This document shows, piece after piece, positions 39,873-54,419 of a stretch of 64,000 nt of DNA; position 1 is the stretch's first letter, and every line of letters begins with the position of its first letter. The notes below the pieces were generated by a model that worked only from the letters and a program-made list of their open reading frames with translations, had not been told where the DNA came from and searched no databases. Origin of the DNA: Eledone cirrhosa (Eukaryota); contig OZ024756.1 of NCBI GenBank assembly GCA_964016885.1, forward strand, positions 34,162,001-34,226,000. The letters are read 5' to 3'. The translations under genes were made by a program, and so were the position numbers.

Positions 39873-40592
39873 GGGCACGGTTGTAATGCACCGTATTGCC
39901 CAGCCAATTCATACACACACATTCACACATAGACATTCATACACACAAATACACATTCATACACACACATACACACATTCACACATTCACACATGCACAT
40001 TCATACACACACATACACACACATACATAGCACTTCCATATCTCTATCAAACACATACACTCGCCCCACCCACCAACACACACACATTCACCCTCTTACA
40101 CACACGCATACACACATACATATACACATACATAGCACTTGTATACCTCTATCATACACACACACGCACACTCACACACTCACACACTCACACACATACT
40201 TACATTCACATAGACACACACACACGGACTCACACTCACACACACCTAAACATACTCTCTCCAACACACACACTCATATAGACACACACACACACACACG
40301 CACACACACACACACACACTCACACACATTCACATAGACACACACGGACTCACACTCACACACACCTAAACATACTCTCTCCAACACACACACTCATATA
40401 GACACACACACACACGCACACACACACACACACAATCATACATATACACACACATATACACATACATCTAACCACACACATACACACACACACACATAAG
40501 CACACACATCTAACCGCATAGTCTGACTCATCCAATAAATCTTTACAACCCACTCTTTACCATTCTCTTCTCTTTCACTGCCCACAACTTCC

Positions 40593-40627
<35 letters not shown>

Positions 40628-40651
40628 CTTTCTTGCTCTCTCTCTTCCCTC

Positions 40652-40717
<66 letters not shown>

Positions 40718-41124
40718 CTCTCTTTCTCTTTTCTCCCTGTCTATTTCTTTTCCTTTCTCTCTTCCTTCCATCTTTCTTTTTTTTCGGCTGTTTTCCTTCT
40801 TATCTTCTCTCTATTTTTTCTTTCTTTTTTCTTTCTGTCTTTTTTTCCTTCTTTCTTTCTGTCCTTTCCATCTTTCTTTCCTTCTTTCTTTCCTCACATA
40901 CCCAGGGCGGGGAAACGAACTCGGAGTGACCTGCCGTTACAATGACACGGAATCCTCCGAACCTTCCCCGAATCAAAAGCAGTCCTCTATTTTCTATTTT
41001 CTATTCTCTACTTGTATTCGCCAAAATCCTGTTCTCTTATAAAACTAATTCTGCAATTAACACCTGATGAAATCGCCTTGGCCATTGAAATATGTATGGT
41101 GCTTTCGCAGTCATCAGTAGCGCT

Positions 41125-41171
<47 letters not shown>

Positions 41172-41175
<4 letters not shown>

Positions 41176-41574
41176 ATTAAATAAATGGAAACTATATTTA
41201 TAAAACCATATTTATTTCATTATATATATTTCAGGGATATCATATTAACAATATGCTATGCCTTCCTCAGACAAAATACAATATAAACAGTTTTATAGAT
41301 AAATAGATTCGACATACCGTAATAACATCGACTTGCATTTGAACAGGTTGATATGGCAGATATATAAAACTGTTTATATTGTATTTTTGTCTGAGGAAGG
41401 CATAGCATATTGTTAATATGATATCCCTGAAATATATATAATGAAATAAATATGGTTTTATAAATATAGTTTCCATTTATTTAATATTGTAAATATACTC
41501 CAAATATTTGTCGAGTGCTTTTATATCAGTTATAAATATTTACTAGTTGTAACCCAACAATTTTAAATATAACT

Positions 41575-41579
<5 letters not shown>
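41172..41579. mobile_element. Family E PLE-like insertion with HHR motifs on both arms (plus strand 41383-41448)
   Basis: ctgagga at 41391, gaaatatatata at 41429; tail tactccaaatatttgtcgagtgc. Confidence 0.82.
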
Positions 41580-41638
<59 letters not shown>

Positions 41639-41685
41639 ATACATACATACACACATACATACAAACGTGCATACATATATATATA

Positions 41686-41763
41686 CAGGGTGTCCCAAAA
41701 ATATATACACATACTCCAACACCATTCTAATCAAAGTGTATATACATTATTTGGGACACTCTG
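41686..41763. mobile_element. Tc1/mariner-type MITE (TA TSD)
   Basis: ta-cagggtgtcccaaa...tttgggacactctg-ta; relatives at 53046-53142 and ~21888-21963. Confidence 0.8.
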
Positions 41764-41989
41764 TATATATTTAGATATAATCTATTCTATGATTTAATTT
41801 TAACTATGCTATTTTTATCTTTACGAAGATAACCAGTCAGCTACTTAAAATAATAGAACTACGGGTTAAACTCCAAATATAGATATATTGTATGATTTAT
41901 ACGTTAATATACAGCAAGTGGGGGGGGGGGTTTAGACTCAACGCACACGCATTGATCTCTCTCTCTCTCTCTCTCACCCTCACTCACTC

Positions 41990-42071
<82 letters not shown>

Positions 42072-42227
42072 CCCACACCCTTCCACCACCTGTTTTACCC
42101 CTTTTTAATTTCAGTTTATTTTGATCATGCTTTTATATTTAATTTTATTTCATTCGCACCGTTTCCTTTCGCTATATGTCTCTCCACCACTCCTCCACAC
42201 ACCCTTTGAACTCTGTTCCCACACACT

Positions 42228-42340
42228 TCTCACCTGAGGAAGGGCTTATGCCCGAAACGTCGTTCCCCACCACCACCCCACTCTCCAGAGCGTGAAATTA
42301 ATAAACATTCGTTGTACTGCCTCTCTGTTTTGTTCCTGTT
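42228..42340 (+). ncRNA. Minimal PLE-type HHR with pLTR-like tail
   Basis: CUGAGGA-aGGGCuuauGCCC-GAAACGUC; stem I poorly conserved. Confidence 0.6.
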
Positions 42341-42351
42341 CAAATTTTTCC

Positions 42352-42428
<77 letters not shown>

Positions 42429-42522
42429 AGGGAGTGTAACTTGAAGTTACTGTACGTTCACCCGGGTGAACATCAGACTATCTCATACGGCATGTATATT
42501 CATTTTTCCATTACCATTGTAA

Positions 42523-42612
42523 GGGGTCTGACGAGCTGCGGATTACAGAGTCGGGCTACATCGATACAGATCGAACGTTGAGCTGATCAGTGGCGAAACG
42601 CACGTCACCAAC
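42523..42612 (+). ncRNA. Type I hammerhead ribozyme with ~60-nt stem II insert
   Basis: GGU-CUGACGA-GCUGC...GUGGC-GAAAC-GCAC-GUC-ACC. Confidence 0.65.
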
Positions 42613-42797
42613 CAATAAACGTAATGAAGGAGTAACCAAACGTCCTTGTTATTTTATTTCACTATATACATACATACATACATACATACATACATACATA
42701 CATACATACATACATACATACATACATACATACATACAAACATACATACAAACATACATACATACATACATACTTACATACATACATACATACATAC

Positions 42798-42828
<31 letters not shown>

Positions 42829-42902
42829 CATACATACATACATACATACATACATACATACATACATACATACATACATACATACATACATACATACATA
42901 CT

Positions 42903-43330
42903 TAGGAGAATATTTATGCAGAACTGATGAGAAATCTGCAGATACTCCACCCTGATTACACCTTCAGATTTATGCCTGTGATTATTGGGGCACTGGGATA
43001 TGTTAGTAACTGCCTCAATACAAACCTTAAGAAGCTGGGCTTCACAGGAACAGAAAGAACACAACTAGTTAGGAAATTACAATCCATTAATGGAACAGTA
43101 AAAATATGTAAAACATTCCAAAAATGTACAGATACAAAGCATACATGCAACTCAAAACATACACATCTACACATACAATAACATCCATACCTACACATGC
43201 ATGCAGACATGCAGACATATCTACCTAGTTGATATTGTGTAAATTCCAATAAGAGAGTCTTGTAACTATGTTAGAAACCGACTCTCTCTCATATTGGCAA
43301 AAATTTGTGAAATTTTAAAATCAGAAGAAC
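42903..43330 (+). mobile_element. R4/Dong-like non-LTR retrotransposon 3' fragment inserted in (CATA)n
   Basis: NIYAELMRNLQILHPDYTFRFMPVIIGALGYV...LKKLG...LQ...GTVKICK (RLE C-terminal motif PVIIGALG); (CATA)n on both sides. Confidence 0.78.
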
Positions 43331-43415
43331 ATACATAAATACATACATACATACATACATACATACATACATACATACATACATACATACATACATACTT
43401 ATATACATACATATA

Positions 43416-43573
43416 CACGACAGACTATCTACCAAATTCCACTCACAAGGCATTGTTCAACCAGATTCTATAGGTAGTAGAAGATACTTGCTGAAGATGC
43501 CACGAAATGGGACTAAGCCATGAAACCACATGATTTTGAAGTGACCTCCTTAACTATATAAGCCATTCCTGCG
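43416..43573 (-). mobile_element. Old tRNA-SINE of a third family; fragments at ~6775-6900 and ~62365-62445
   Basis: ctaccaaattccactcacaaggc...tagtagaagatacttgc...gccacgaaatgggact. Confidence 0.6.
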
Positions 43574-43910
43574 TTTATGTGTAAAGTGTAAAAGAAACAC
43601 TAAAAACACAACTGAAAACACTATTGTTACTTGTCGACACCTCTCTAGGCAATAGATGCCACTCGACGCCATTTTAACACATGGCCGTATTGACATATAT
43701 AGCCGGACGTGCTATTTCAGGTAATCTTTGACACTTCGATCTTTCACCACAATACAGACAAAAAAACAACAATATAAAATAAAAGAAATATCCCCCCCCC
43801 CCCCCCCCCCACCACCACCACCACCACGAAAAAATAAAGTTCTAACTAGTCAGCCTGATGTATAAATACAGCACAAATGTCGTTATATGTACATATATAT
43901 GTGTGTTTGT

Positions 43911-44009
<99 letters not shown>

Positions 44010-44050
44010 TGTTTGTGTACCTGTGTCTGTGTGTGGTGTGTATGTATGTG

Positions 44051-44098
<48 letters not shown>

Positions 44099-44139
44099 AT
44101 ATATATATATATATGTACATGTATATATATATATATGTG

Positions 44140-44210
44140 TGTTTAACGCTTGAAATAGCAGGTAGAGAGTCTTAACGTTTCGGACGATAGTCCTTCACCA
44201 GAAAATAGAG
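44140..44210 (-). ncRNA. Degenerate minimal HHR in PLE 3' end (family I)
   Basis: Minus strand cugGuga-aggacuaucgucc-gaaacguuaaga; relatives at 50238 (+) and 54495 (-). Confidence 0.6.
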
Positions 44211-44317
44211 TAAGAAATAGAAGATAAATAGAAAGGAAAGCGTGTTGAAAGGAAGGAAAATTAGAAAAAAGTGTGGAGAAAAAAACATACACCTGCGAAT
44301 TCAGTCGCATATATATG

Positions 44318-44470
<153 letters not shown>

Positions 44471-44611
44471 ATAGAAAGTGTGATGTTGAGAAGATCATCA
44501 GGTGAAACTCCAAAGTAACAAGTCTCACAATTTAACCATAATAAATGAATATCTATCTATCCCCCCCCCTCTCCCTCTCCCTCTTTCTCTCTCTCTCTTT
44601 CTCTTTCGAAC

Positions 44612-44642
<31 letters not shown>

Positions 44643-44671
44643 ATGTATATAAATATATGTATATATACATA

Positions 44672-44756
<85 letters not shown>

Positions 44757-44916
44757 TTATTTATTAAAATAACAGATTAAAGTTTAAGCAAAGAATCGCT
44801 GCTTTCACCCTTAACGGGATCTTCTGAAACTCAAATTTATTATTATTACTATATATATATATATATATATAGTGACGAAACATAAGTCAATTGCATGAAC
44901 TCATAATCCTTTATTT

Positions 44917-44972
44917 ACTGCTATATATATTTTGATGATAGCCATTGAATGGCTATGACCTCATCAGGCAGT
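44917..44972 (-). ncRNA. Degenerate family D-like HHR (G12 mutated to A)
   Basis: acugc-cugauga-ggucauagccauucaauggcuaucauc-aaaa-uauauauagcagu. Confidence 0.6.
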
Positions 44973-45225
44973 TAGTCAGTTATTAGATATGCCAGCTCTG
45001 TGTTTATAGTATATATATATATATATGTGTGTGTATGTACCTGTACATACTTATATTTAAGTAACAGCCGTACTAAGAGTGGGAAATGAAATATCGTTTC
45101 ATTTTTTCCGTTTATCGTTTTCGGTGCACCCGGCCGATTAACCCACTCGATATGCAAATTGGGCTACTCAGCCGTTAATATGCATAAGGTAAGTATATAC
45201 GTTCAACAATCTGGCAGGAAGGTAT

Positions 45226-45268
45226 ACGTTGCTGACGATAGCTAACAAGCTTGAAACTAGTACAGCGT
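45226..45268 (+). ncRNA. Minimal type I hammerhead ribozyme, intact core
   Basis: ACGUUG-CUGACGA-uAGCUaacaAGCUu-GAAAC-UA-GUA-CAGCGU. Confidence 0.8.
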
Positions 45269-45576
45269 TCCTTTGTCAGTGTTGAACAAACGAGCAACGG
45301 TGGTTGCTAGACACTACGGCTTAATACGGGATGTTTGTTTCCAAACACACCGAGCATTATAATAAATGTTCGGTGAATCCATACGTGCATATATATATGT
45401 GTGCATGTATGTATATATATATACATACTACTGTACGTCGGTATACATATATGTATGTACCTGTACATACTTATATTTAAGTAACAGCCGTACTAAGAGT
45501 GGGAAATGAAATATCGTTTCATTTTTTCCGTTTATATATATATATATATATACATATATGTGTGTGTGTGTATATT

Positions 45577-45613
<37 letters not shown>

Positions 45614-45686
45614 AATATATATATATACATACACACACACAAACATACACACACACACATACATATATATATGTATGTATGTATAC

Positions 45687-45718
<32 letters not shown>

Positions 45719-45919
45719 GTCACAACACATATAATGCTGTCATAGTTGATAAGCTTGATGACGGTGCGGTGTTATATTTAATTAATTTAAATAATTAACC
45801 TTGTGACTAATTAAGGTTGTTGACCGGAACTGTCGATTGGACGAGTTCATTTGATCGATACCTATAGTGGTTAACGTACGGTAGACAAGTATTGATTAAT
45901 GCTGTGGTGGTTGGGGGGA

Positions 45920-46295
45920 GGTGGTAGTGGTTGTAGTGGTAGTGGTTGTGGTTGTGGTGGTTGTGGTGGTGATGGTGGTGGTAGTGTTTGTGGTTGTGGT
46001 AATGATGATGGTGGTGGTGGTCGTCGTCGTGGTGGTGGTGGTAGTGGTTGAGGTGGTGGTGGTAGTGGTTGAGGTGGTGGTGGTGGGTGTGATGGTGGTG
46101 GTGGTTGAGGTGGTGGTAGTGGTGGTGGTGGGTGAGGTGGCGGTAGTGGTTGTGATGGTGGTGGTGGTGGTGGTGGTTGAGGTGGTGGTAGTGGTTGAGG
46201 TGGTGGTAGTGGTGGTGGTGGTGGTTGAGGTGGTGGTAGTGGTTGTGATGGTGGTGGTGATGGTTGAGGTGGTGGTAGTGGTGGTGGTGGTAGTT
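45920..46295. repeat. (GGT)n array
   Basis: Direct reading. Confidence 0.9.
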
Positions 46296-46545
46296 TTGTT
46301 ATTGATGCTGGTGTTATTGTTCTTATTGTTTTGTTGTTATTGTTATTTTGTTGTTGTTACTGTTATTGTTATTGTTGATTCATAATCTTGTTTTTTTCTT
46401 TTTGTTATTCATTCTTTGATTCTTCTTTTCTTTTATCTTTTCCTTCTGTCTTTCTTTCTTTCTTCCTTTCTTTCCTTCCTTCTTTCTTTCTTTCTTTCTC
46501 GGTCATTTCCTTCATTTCTTCAGTCATGGAGACAGTTACAACATT

Positions 46546-46642
<97 letters not shown>

Positions 46643-46686
46643 CACACACACCACCGAAGCCATCAATACCACCAACACCATGTGTG

Positions 46687-46727
<41 letters not shown>

Positions 46728-46752
46728 TTGTGTGTGTTTGTGTGTGTACATA

Positions 46753-46803
<51 letters not shown>

Positions 46804-46892
46804 GTATATCTATGTATGTATGTATGTATGTATGTATATCTATGTATGTATGTATGTATGTATATCTATGTATATATATGTATATATATGTG

Positions 46893-46923
<31 letters not shown>

Positions 46924-46975
46924 ATATATATATATATGTATATATATATATGTACATCTATGTATATGTACATGA

Positions 46976-47010
<35 letters not shown>

Positions 47011-47047
47011 TATATATATATTTCGTTCAATTTTTCCACTCTTTTCT

Positions 47048-47110
<63 letters not shown>

Positions 47111-47650
47111 CATATATATATATGTATATGTATGCATATATATATGTATGTGTGTGTGTGTAAGGAGAACATCAGAGAGAGAGGGGGTAGAGAGAGAGAG
47201 AGAACGAGAGAAACTTGAGAGTAAATGTTAATTTGAATAAATTGGACGTTTTTTTATGCGGTGGGGGGGGGGGGGTACTTTATTTATGAATCTTGTGTAA
47301 TTTCCTGAAGCAGTTTCACCATCGCCATATTCATTTGGAATAAATATGATCTTCTCCATGGAAATTAATGCCTGCTTATTGCTAGCGACATTTGCTCTTT
47401 GATAAATGGCTTAGTGTCGGCTGTTTTCTTCCATTTTTCTAAATCTATCGGCTGACCCATTCATTGCTTGGGTCAAAGTAACATTGGTAAGGGGTGGAGG
47501 TATATTTGGAACTAGTGACGAACAGTGGGTATATATTTTTTGTATCATAATCATATGACAGGTTATTTCGTGGAATTAAAATAATAAAGCATTTTCCATT
47601 CCGGACTTCTGTTGTTTTAATGTCTGTGTGTAAATATATATATATATATA

Positions 47651-48018
47651 TAAGAAATTAAAAGATGGTTAAAAAAGTTCCATGTATTTTATTATGCGTA
47701 TTTCAAAAACAAATATCATCCAGGGACGATATTTGCGTTCTCATCAGATAAAATAGGGAGACATGATATGTTGTTTAGACACTACCTTGCTCACAAGTGT
47801 CTTTTTTAAGCTTCATATCATGTCTCCCTATTTTATCTGATGACTACGCAAATATCGTCCTTGGATGATATTTGTTTTTGAAATGCGCATAATAAAATAC
47901 ATGGAACTTTTTTAACGATCTTTTAATTTCTTCTTATATATACTCCAGTCCACTAAACTGTTGAGTGCTACTTATCCGATATTCGCATTGCTTTATTGTG
48001 CTACAATAAAACTCACCT

Positions 48019-48020
<2 letters not shown>
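47651..48020. mobile_element. Family F PLE-like insertion; plus-strand HHR at 47829-47899
   Basis: Inverted arms; ctgatga at 47837; gaaatgcgcataataaaata; tail tactccagtccactaaactgttgagtgc. Confidence 0.85.
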
Positions 48021-48067
<47 letters not shown>

Positions 48068-48258
48068 GGCTTCTACAGGACTAGAACTGCTTCATTCGAA
48101 ATAAATCCTCACTAACTTATACTTACTGTGGTTACCCCCGATTAAACTCGCGATACACACATACACACAAACATACACACACACACACACGCACACACGC
48201 ACACACACACACACGCACACACACACACACACACATACACACACATATATATGTATAA

Positions 48259-48290
<32 letters not shown>

Positions 48291-48362
48291 ATATATATAT
48301 ACATATACTTATATATACACATATATATATACATATATATATACACATATATATATACACAC

Positions 48363-48463
<101 letters not shown>

Positions 48464-48631
48464 TATAACTAGATAGACAGATTCGCTGGTAAATGACTAA
48501 CTCTTTCCTTTTGCATATATAGGTGGGGGGGGGCGTATACACACACATTCATACAAACATACATACATACAGACATGCATACATACATACATACATACAT
48601 ACATACATACATACATACATACATACATACA

Positions 48632-48663
<32 letters not shown>

Positions 48664-48926
48664 ATTAAATGAGCAATGACAGAATTAAGATAATTTTACT
48701 CAGTAGAGGAAATAGAATAAGAATGATTTAATTCGGTCAGCCAAAACAAGATTGGTTGAGACCACAACTTGCTGCGATTTTTTCGTCTGTTAACCATTTT
48801 CCTTAGAACTGTCTTTACAAAATGGCTGACTAGCGTTACAGACGCTACAGGCGTAACAGGTTATACAAAGTTATAGTTTCTTACCGTCATGTTTCGGATG
48901 GCCGAATTAAGTCTCAATATATATAA

Positions 48927-49106
48927 TTGTTTCTACTTTTGGCACAAGGCCAACAATTACTCAGTACATTACTGGTACTTTATTTTATCGACTCTATAAG
49001 GATGAAAGGCAAAGTTAACCTCGACGGGATTTGAACTTAGACAGTAAAGGGACGTAACTATGCTAGAAAGCATGGCGTCCAACTCTCTACCGATACTGCC
49101 AATTCA
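48927..49106 (-). mobile_element. Main-family tRNA SINE
   Basis: Full-length reverse-complement match. Confidence 0.9.
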
Positions 49107-49185
49107 CATATATAATATATAATGTATGTATGTATATGTTTGTATGTATGTATGTATGTATGTATGTATGTATGTATGTATGTAT

Positions 49186-49598
49186 CCGGGAGAGATGACC
49201 CCTTAGCCTTTGTCAAGGCAGAATTCTAGGAGAAGGAAAACTCTGATATAACACCTGCAACCCAGATGGTATCCAATGATGTTGACTTGTTCTTCTTTTT
49301 GGTAAATATCATCTTGGTTAAGAGAGTGGGACTGGCTTTGTGCAGTGCCTTTGCTCACTATAAAAGCTTCACGGCACAGGCATTGCTTTATATCTGGAGA
49401 TCTCTCTGCACTTGTCGTCACATGGTACCATGGGCCCAGCACTATGTGTCAATAATTGTCACAAGTGTAGTGTTTGTACCAGAGTTTTCAAGTCGCTGGC
49501 TGGACTGGAAAGTCACACTCGTTCAGCGCATCGGGAGGAGTTCTCCTACATGGATATAAAGTAGTGGCTGTACTCGAAAACGAGTTGGCAGCCACCAT
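49186..49598 (+). mobile_element. RTE-derived bipartite non-autonomous element (RTE-like 5' UTR fused to a C2H2-encoding 3' end)
   Basis: 5' tagcctttgtcaaggca...ctaggagaaggaaaactctg; 3' [24 protein letters not shown]; terminal hairpin ggctgtactcgaaaacgagttggcagcc plus (ATGT)n. Confidence 0.68.
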
Positions 49599-49637
49599 GT
49601 ATGTATGTATATATGTATGTATGTATGTATATATGTA

Positions 49638-49822
49638 TGTTCTGGTTTTATAATTTCACAAATTTTTGCCAATAGTTACAAATTTTTGCCATAGTTACAA
49701 GACTCCCTCATTGGAATTTACACAACATCAACTAGGTAGATATGTTTGCATTTATGTATGTATGTGTAGGTATGGATGTTATTGTATGTGTGGATGTGTA
49801 TGTTTTGAGTTGTATGTGGGCA
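49638..49822 (-). mobile_element. 3' UTR fragment of the R4/Dong-like element in (TATG)n
   Basis: Reverse complement of ~43145-43325. Confidence 0.75.
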
Positions 49823-50231
49823 TGTATGTATGTATGTATGTATGTATGTATGTATGTATGTATGTATGTATGTATGTATGCATGAATATATGTATATATG
49901 TATGTACATATGTGTGTATGTATGTATGTATATATGGATGTGTAAATGAATGAGTGTATATATGTATGAATATGTGTATGTATGTATTTATGTATGTATG
50001 CATGTTTGGATGGATGCATGTATGTATGTATGTACGTGTGTATGTATATATATATGGTTGTATATATGTATGAGTGTATGTACTTGTTAAGAGCAGAAAC
50101 ACCATTGTTCAACTTAGTATTATATAGTTAAAAGAAAGTAGAGTCTGCCCTACAATTCAGCTCTTATCGTAGGGTAAAAAATTTTCAAAATGGCTGACTT
50201 CAAAAGGACGTTTTTTTTTTCGTATTCATTC

Positions 50232-50345
50232 TATTCTCTGATGAAGGACTAGTGTCCAAAACATTAAGACTTTTTTCTATTACCTCAAGCGTTAAACTAA
50301 TATATTTCTTCAATGTACTGTGTCGTTTGCTTTGTTATTTCTGTT
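50232..50345 (+). mobile_element. PLE 3' end with degenerate minimal HHR (family I)
   Basis: ctgatgaaggactagtgtcc-aaaacattaagac...aagcgttaaactaata. Confidence 0.6.
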
Positions 50346-50384
50346 TGCTTTAATTACACACACACACACACACATACATATATG

Positions 50385-50485
<101 letters not shown>

Positions 50486-50496
50486 GTATATATATG

Positions 50497-50557
<61 letters not shown>

Positions 50558-50584
50558 ATATATATATGTATATATATGTATATA

Positions 50585-50667
<83 letters not shown>

Positions 50668-50805
50668 GAGAGAGAGACGGGGAGAGAGAGGGGGGGAGAC
50701 TGAGGGAGAGTAAAGAGCAGAACTCAGTGGACCGCTTGTGTTCGAGGTATAAGTTGCAAACTGATCCTGATCGGGAGACTTTTCAATGACCTTTTGCCTT
50801 TCTAA

Positions 50806-50966
<161 letters not shown>

Positions 50967-50977
50967 CACATATATAC

Positions 50978-51030
<53 letters not shown>

Positions 51031-51041
51031 TGTGTGTGTGT

Positions 51042-51081
<40 letters not shown>

Positions 51082-51131
51082 ATATATATATACACATATA
51101 TACATATATATATATATATGTGTGTGTGTGT

Positions 51132-51188
<57 letters not shown>

Positions 51189-51312
51189 TACACATATATA
51201 TATACACATATATATATACACATATATACACATATATACACATATATATACACATATATATATATACACATATATATATATATACACATATATATATATA
51301 TGTATACATATA

Positions 51313-51399
<87 letters not shown>

Positions 51400-51751
51400 G
51401 TATGTACGTATGTATACACACACACACACACACATATATATATATTTAAAGTTTAAATATATATTTAAATTTCAAATGTACGGCTGTCTATTTTGTTAGT
51501 AACGTATTCATATATATATATATATTTGTTTTTGTATTTTTGTTAATTTTACAAATTTTGCCATCACCTTAAATCCTTCAGCCACACCACTCCATCTCAC
51601 CAAATTGTAGAATTGTAGAAGTTGACACTCTGTTATACAACCAACAAACAGTGAAAGGAAATCTGCTCTACATTTCAAAATACCAACTGCAGCTATTACA
51701 GTTTCTTTCCAGGGACGATGTTGAAAATTGAGCCTCATAAATACGTACACA

Positions 51752-52283
<532 letters not shown>

Positions 52284-52684
52284 ATATAGCTCAGCGGCCT
52301 CCCCGTGGGAGGAGAATATCGAATAATAGACCTCAGTGATCGATCAGTACTTTATTGACCGCCGAGAAATGAAAGGCAAAATTTTCCCCAGCAAGATTTA
52401 AACTTAGAACGCCCAGAACCAGAACAAATAGAGTTCCCTCCACACCTTTGATTTTTCAAACTACTATGACGGGATTTGAACTCTGGACGTAAAGAGTCGG
52501 AACAAATAGCGCAAAGCAGCTTGCCTGACGACAGATTAGGAGGCCGAACTAATCTTGAAACATATGTAGTACTAATCTCCAAACAATGGACTATTATAAA
52601 AACACATTAGAACTCTTCTCACAAGATGGAGTTCTTTCCACACTTTTGAATATTCAAACTGCTCAGAGTGATTTGAACTCAAAA

Positions 52685-52995
52685 CAATTCTTTGGAGCAA
52701 TCTGAAGGATAGTGTATATGTCAACAAACCCAGGACTATCACTGAACTAGAGGAAAATACCAAGGAGGAGATCAGAGACATCTCTAGGTCTATTTGTAAA
52801 GACGTTATGCTAAACTTCACCATGTGTCTCAAAAAATATATGGGCTCAAATAGGGATCACTTGGAACATATGCTAGAACTATGGACGACAACAACACAAG
52901 ATAGTGAATTTTTGATATGTTGATTTTAATGGTTAGAACTAAATATATTTGGAGTTTCATCAGTTTTGGGCAAAAAATAAAAAAGTGTAAACAAA
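52685..52995 (+). mobile_element. Tc1/mariner-superfamily transposase C-terminal remnant
   Basis: LWSNLKDSVYVNKPRTITELEENTKEEIRDISRSICKDVMLNF...DHLEHML resembles the LWG.LK..VY..KP.T..EL...G.HLEH pattern. Confidence 0.75.
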
Positions 52996-53045
52996 AATAA
53001 ATATATATAGGTATATATATGTGTATATGTATGTATATATATATA

Positions 53046-53142
53046 CAGGGTGTCCTAAAAATGTATACATACTTCAACAGCATTCTAATAAATATTGCCT
53101 ATACAGGTAATCAAAGTACGTATACATTTTTGGGACACCCTG
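53046..53142. mobile_element. Tc1/mariner-type MITE (TA TSD)
   Basis: ta-cagggtgtcctaaaaatgtatac...gtatacatttttgggacaccctg-ta. Confidence 0.85.
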
Positions 53143-53146
53143 TAAA

Positions 53147-53180
<34 letters not shown>

Positions 53181-53203
53181 AATAGAAGTTTTATATATAT
53201 ATA

Positions 53204-53304
<101 letters not shown>

Positions 53305-53548
53305 ACATCTGTATCTGCTGAGATAGACAATTTCCGGATATTTGAACTTTAAAAAAACAAAACTAAATTATTCGAAGCGATTATTAAAGTTTGAATATTA
53401 CTTTGTGTAATGTCAAATGGAATGCCATTTCATACTAAAGCGAGAGACTACGAGAGTATGACTATATGGTTAATCGAGCTGCTAGTCATAGCAGCCAAAT
53501 CCTCCTCGAATCACAAACTACCCATCACACACACAGAAAATATAAATT

Positions 53549-54240
53549 TACTAGCAGAATGGCCCGGCGTTGCTCGGGATTTGCTCTAGGGTTCTTATAT
53601 ATTTGATATATATTTACCCTTATCGAACCCCGTGAAATAAATGCGTTTGTTTATATTTTGTTATTGTGTATGCAAAAATATCTGTACACGAATATATAAT
53701 TATATATATAATTATATATATATATATATTAAAATAATAGATTAAAGTTTAAACAAAGAATCGCTTTTCACCCTTAACGGGATCTTCTGAAACTAAAAAA
53801 ATCAATCTGTTAACGCAGAAGTAAATATTTCGAAAAACGTTACACACTATATATATATATTTGTATTTATATATATATATACACACTATATATATTTGTA
53901 TATATATTTGTATTTATATATATATACACACTATATATACATATATACACACACACAGCGTCATAATGTCGTAATGCAGACAGCCAGACATACAGAAAGA
54001 TATTATAAGGGCGCAACGTTATATCTATGTATCTATCTAAAAAGAAAGACTAAGAATTATAGAGAGAGATCGCTAAATCGCCTAATGCGGTCCCTAGGGC
54101 ATTGAAAATTTGAAATATTTTTTTGCTCAAAACACTCACAGGACCATCAGTATTACATGTGTAAAATTTAAAAACAATCGGTTGGGTGCTTCTCGAGTTT
54201 TAGGGAGTCAGACAGACAGACATTCTCTGTTTTAGATATA
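53549..54240 (+). mobile_element. DINE-1/Helentron-like non-autonomous element with nested insertions
   Basis: Start actagcagaatggcccggcgttgctcggg (subterminal hairpin); end gtgtaaaattt...aatcgg...cagacagacagacattctctgtttta. Confidence 0.6.
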
Positions 54241-54419
54241 CACACATAACATAACGTATACTAATATACGTATAGTTTTCCCTCACCCACATAAATAAAT
54301 AAATATATAGACATTCAACCGTTCTCCCTCTCTCTCTTTTTCTCTCCCTCTTTCTCTCGGTCTCTGTCTCACTCTCTCCCTCTCTTTATTTATATATATA
54401 TGTATGTAAAAGGTAAACA

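Noticed and set aside
41061-41102. HHR-like ctgatga...gaaatatgta
   Set aside because: Stem I and the cleavage triplet cannot both be formed; at best a decayed copy, so not called as a feature
42924-42935. ctgatgagaaa as a hammerhead core
   Set aside because: No stem II between the motifs; it is coding sequence (ELMRN) of the R4-like fragment
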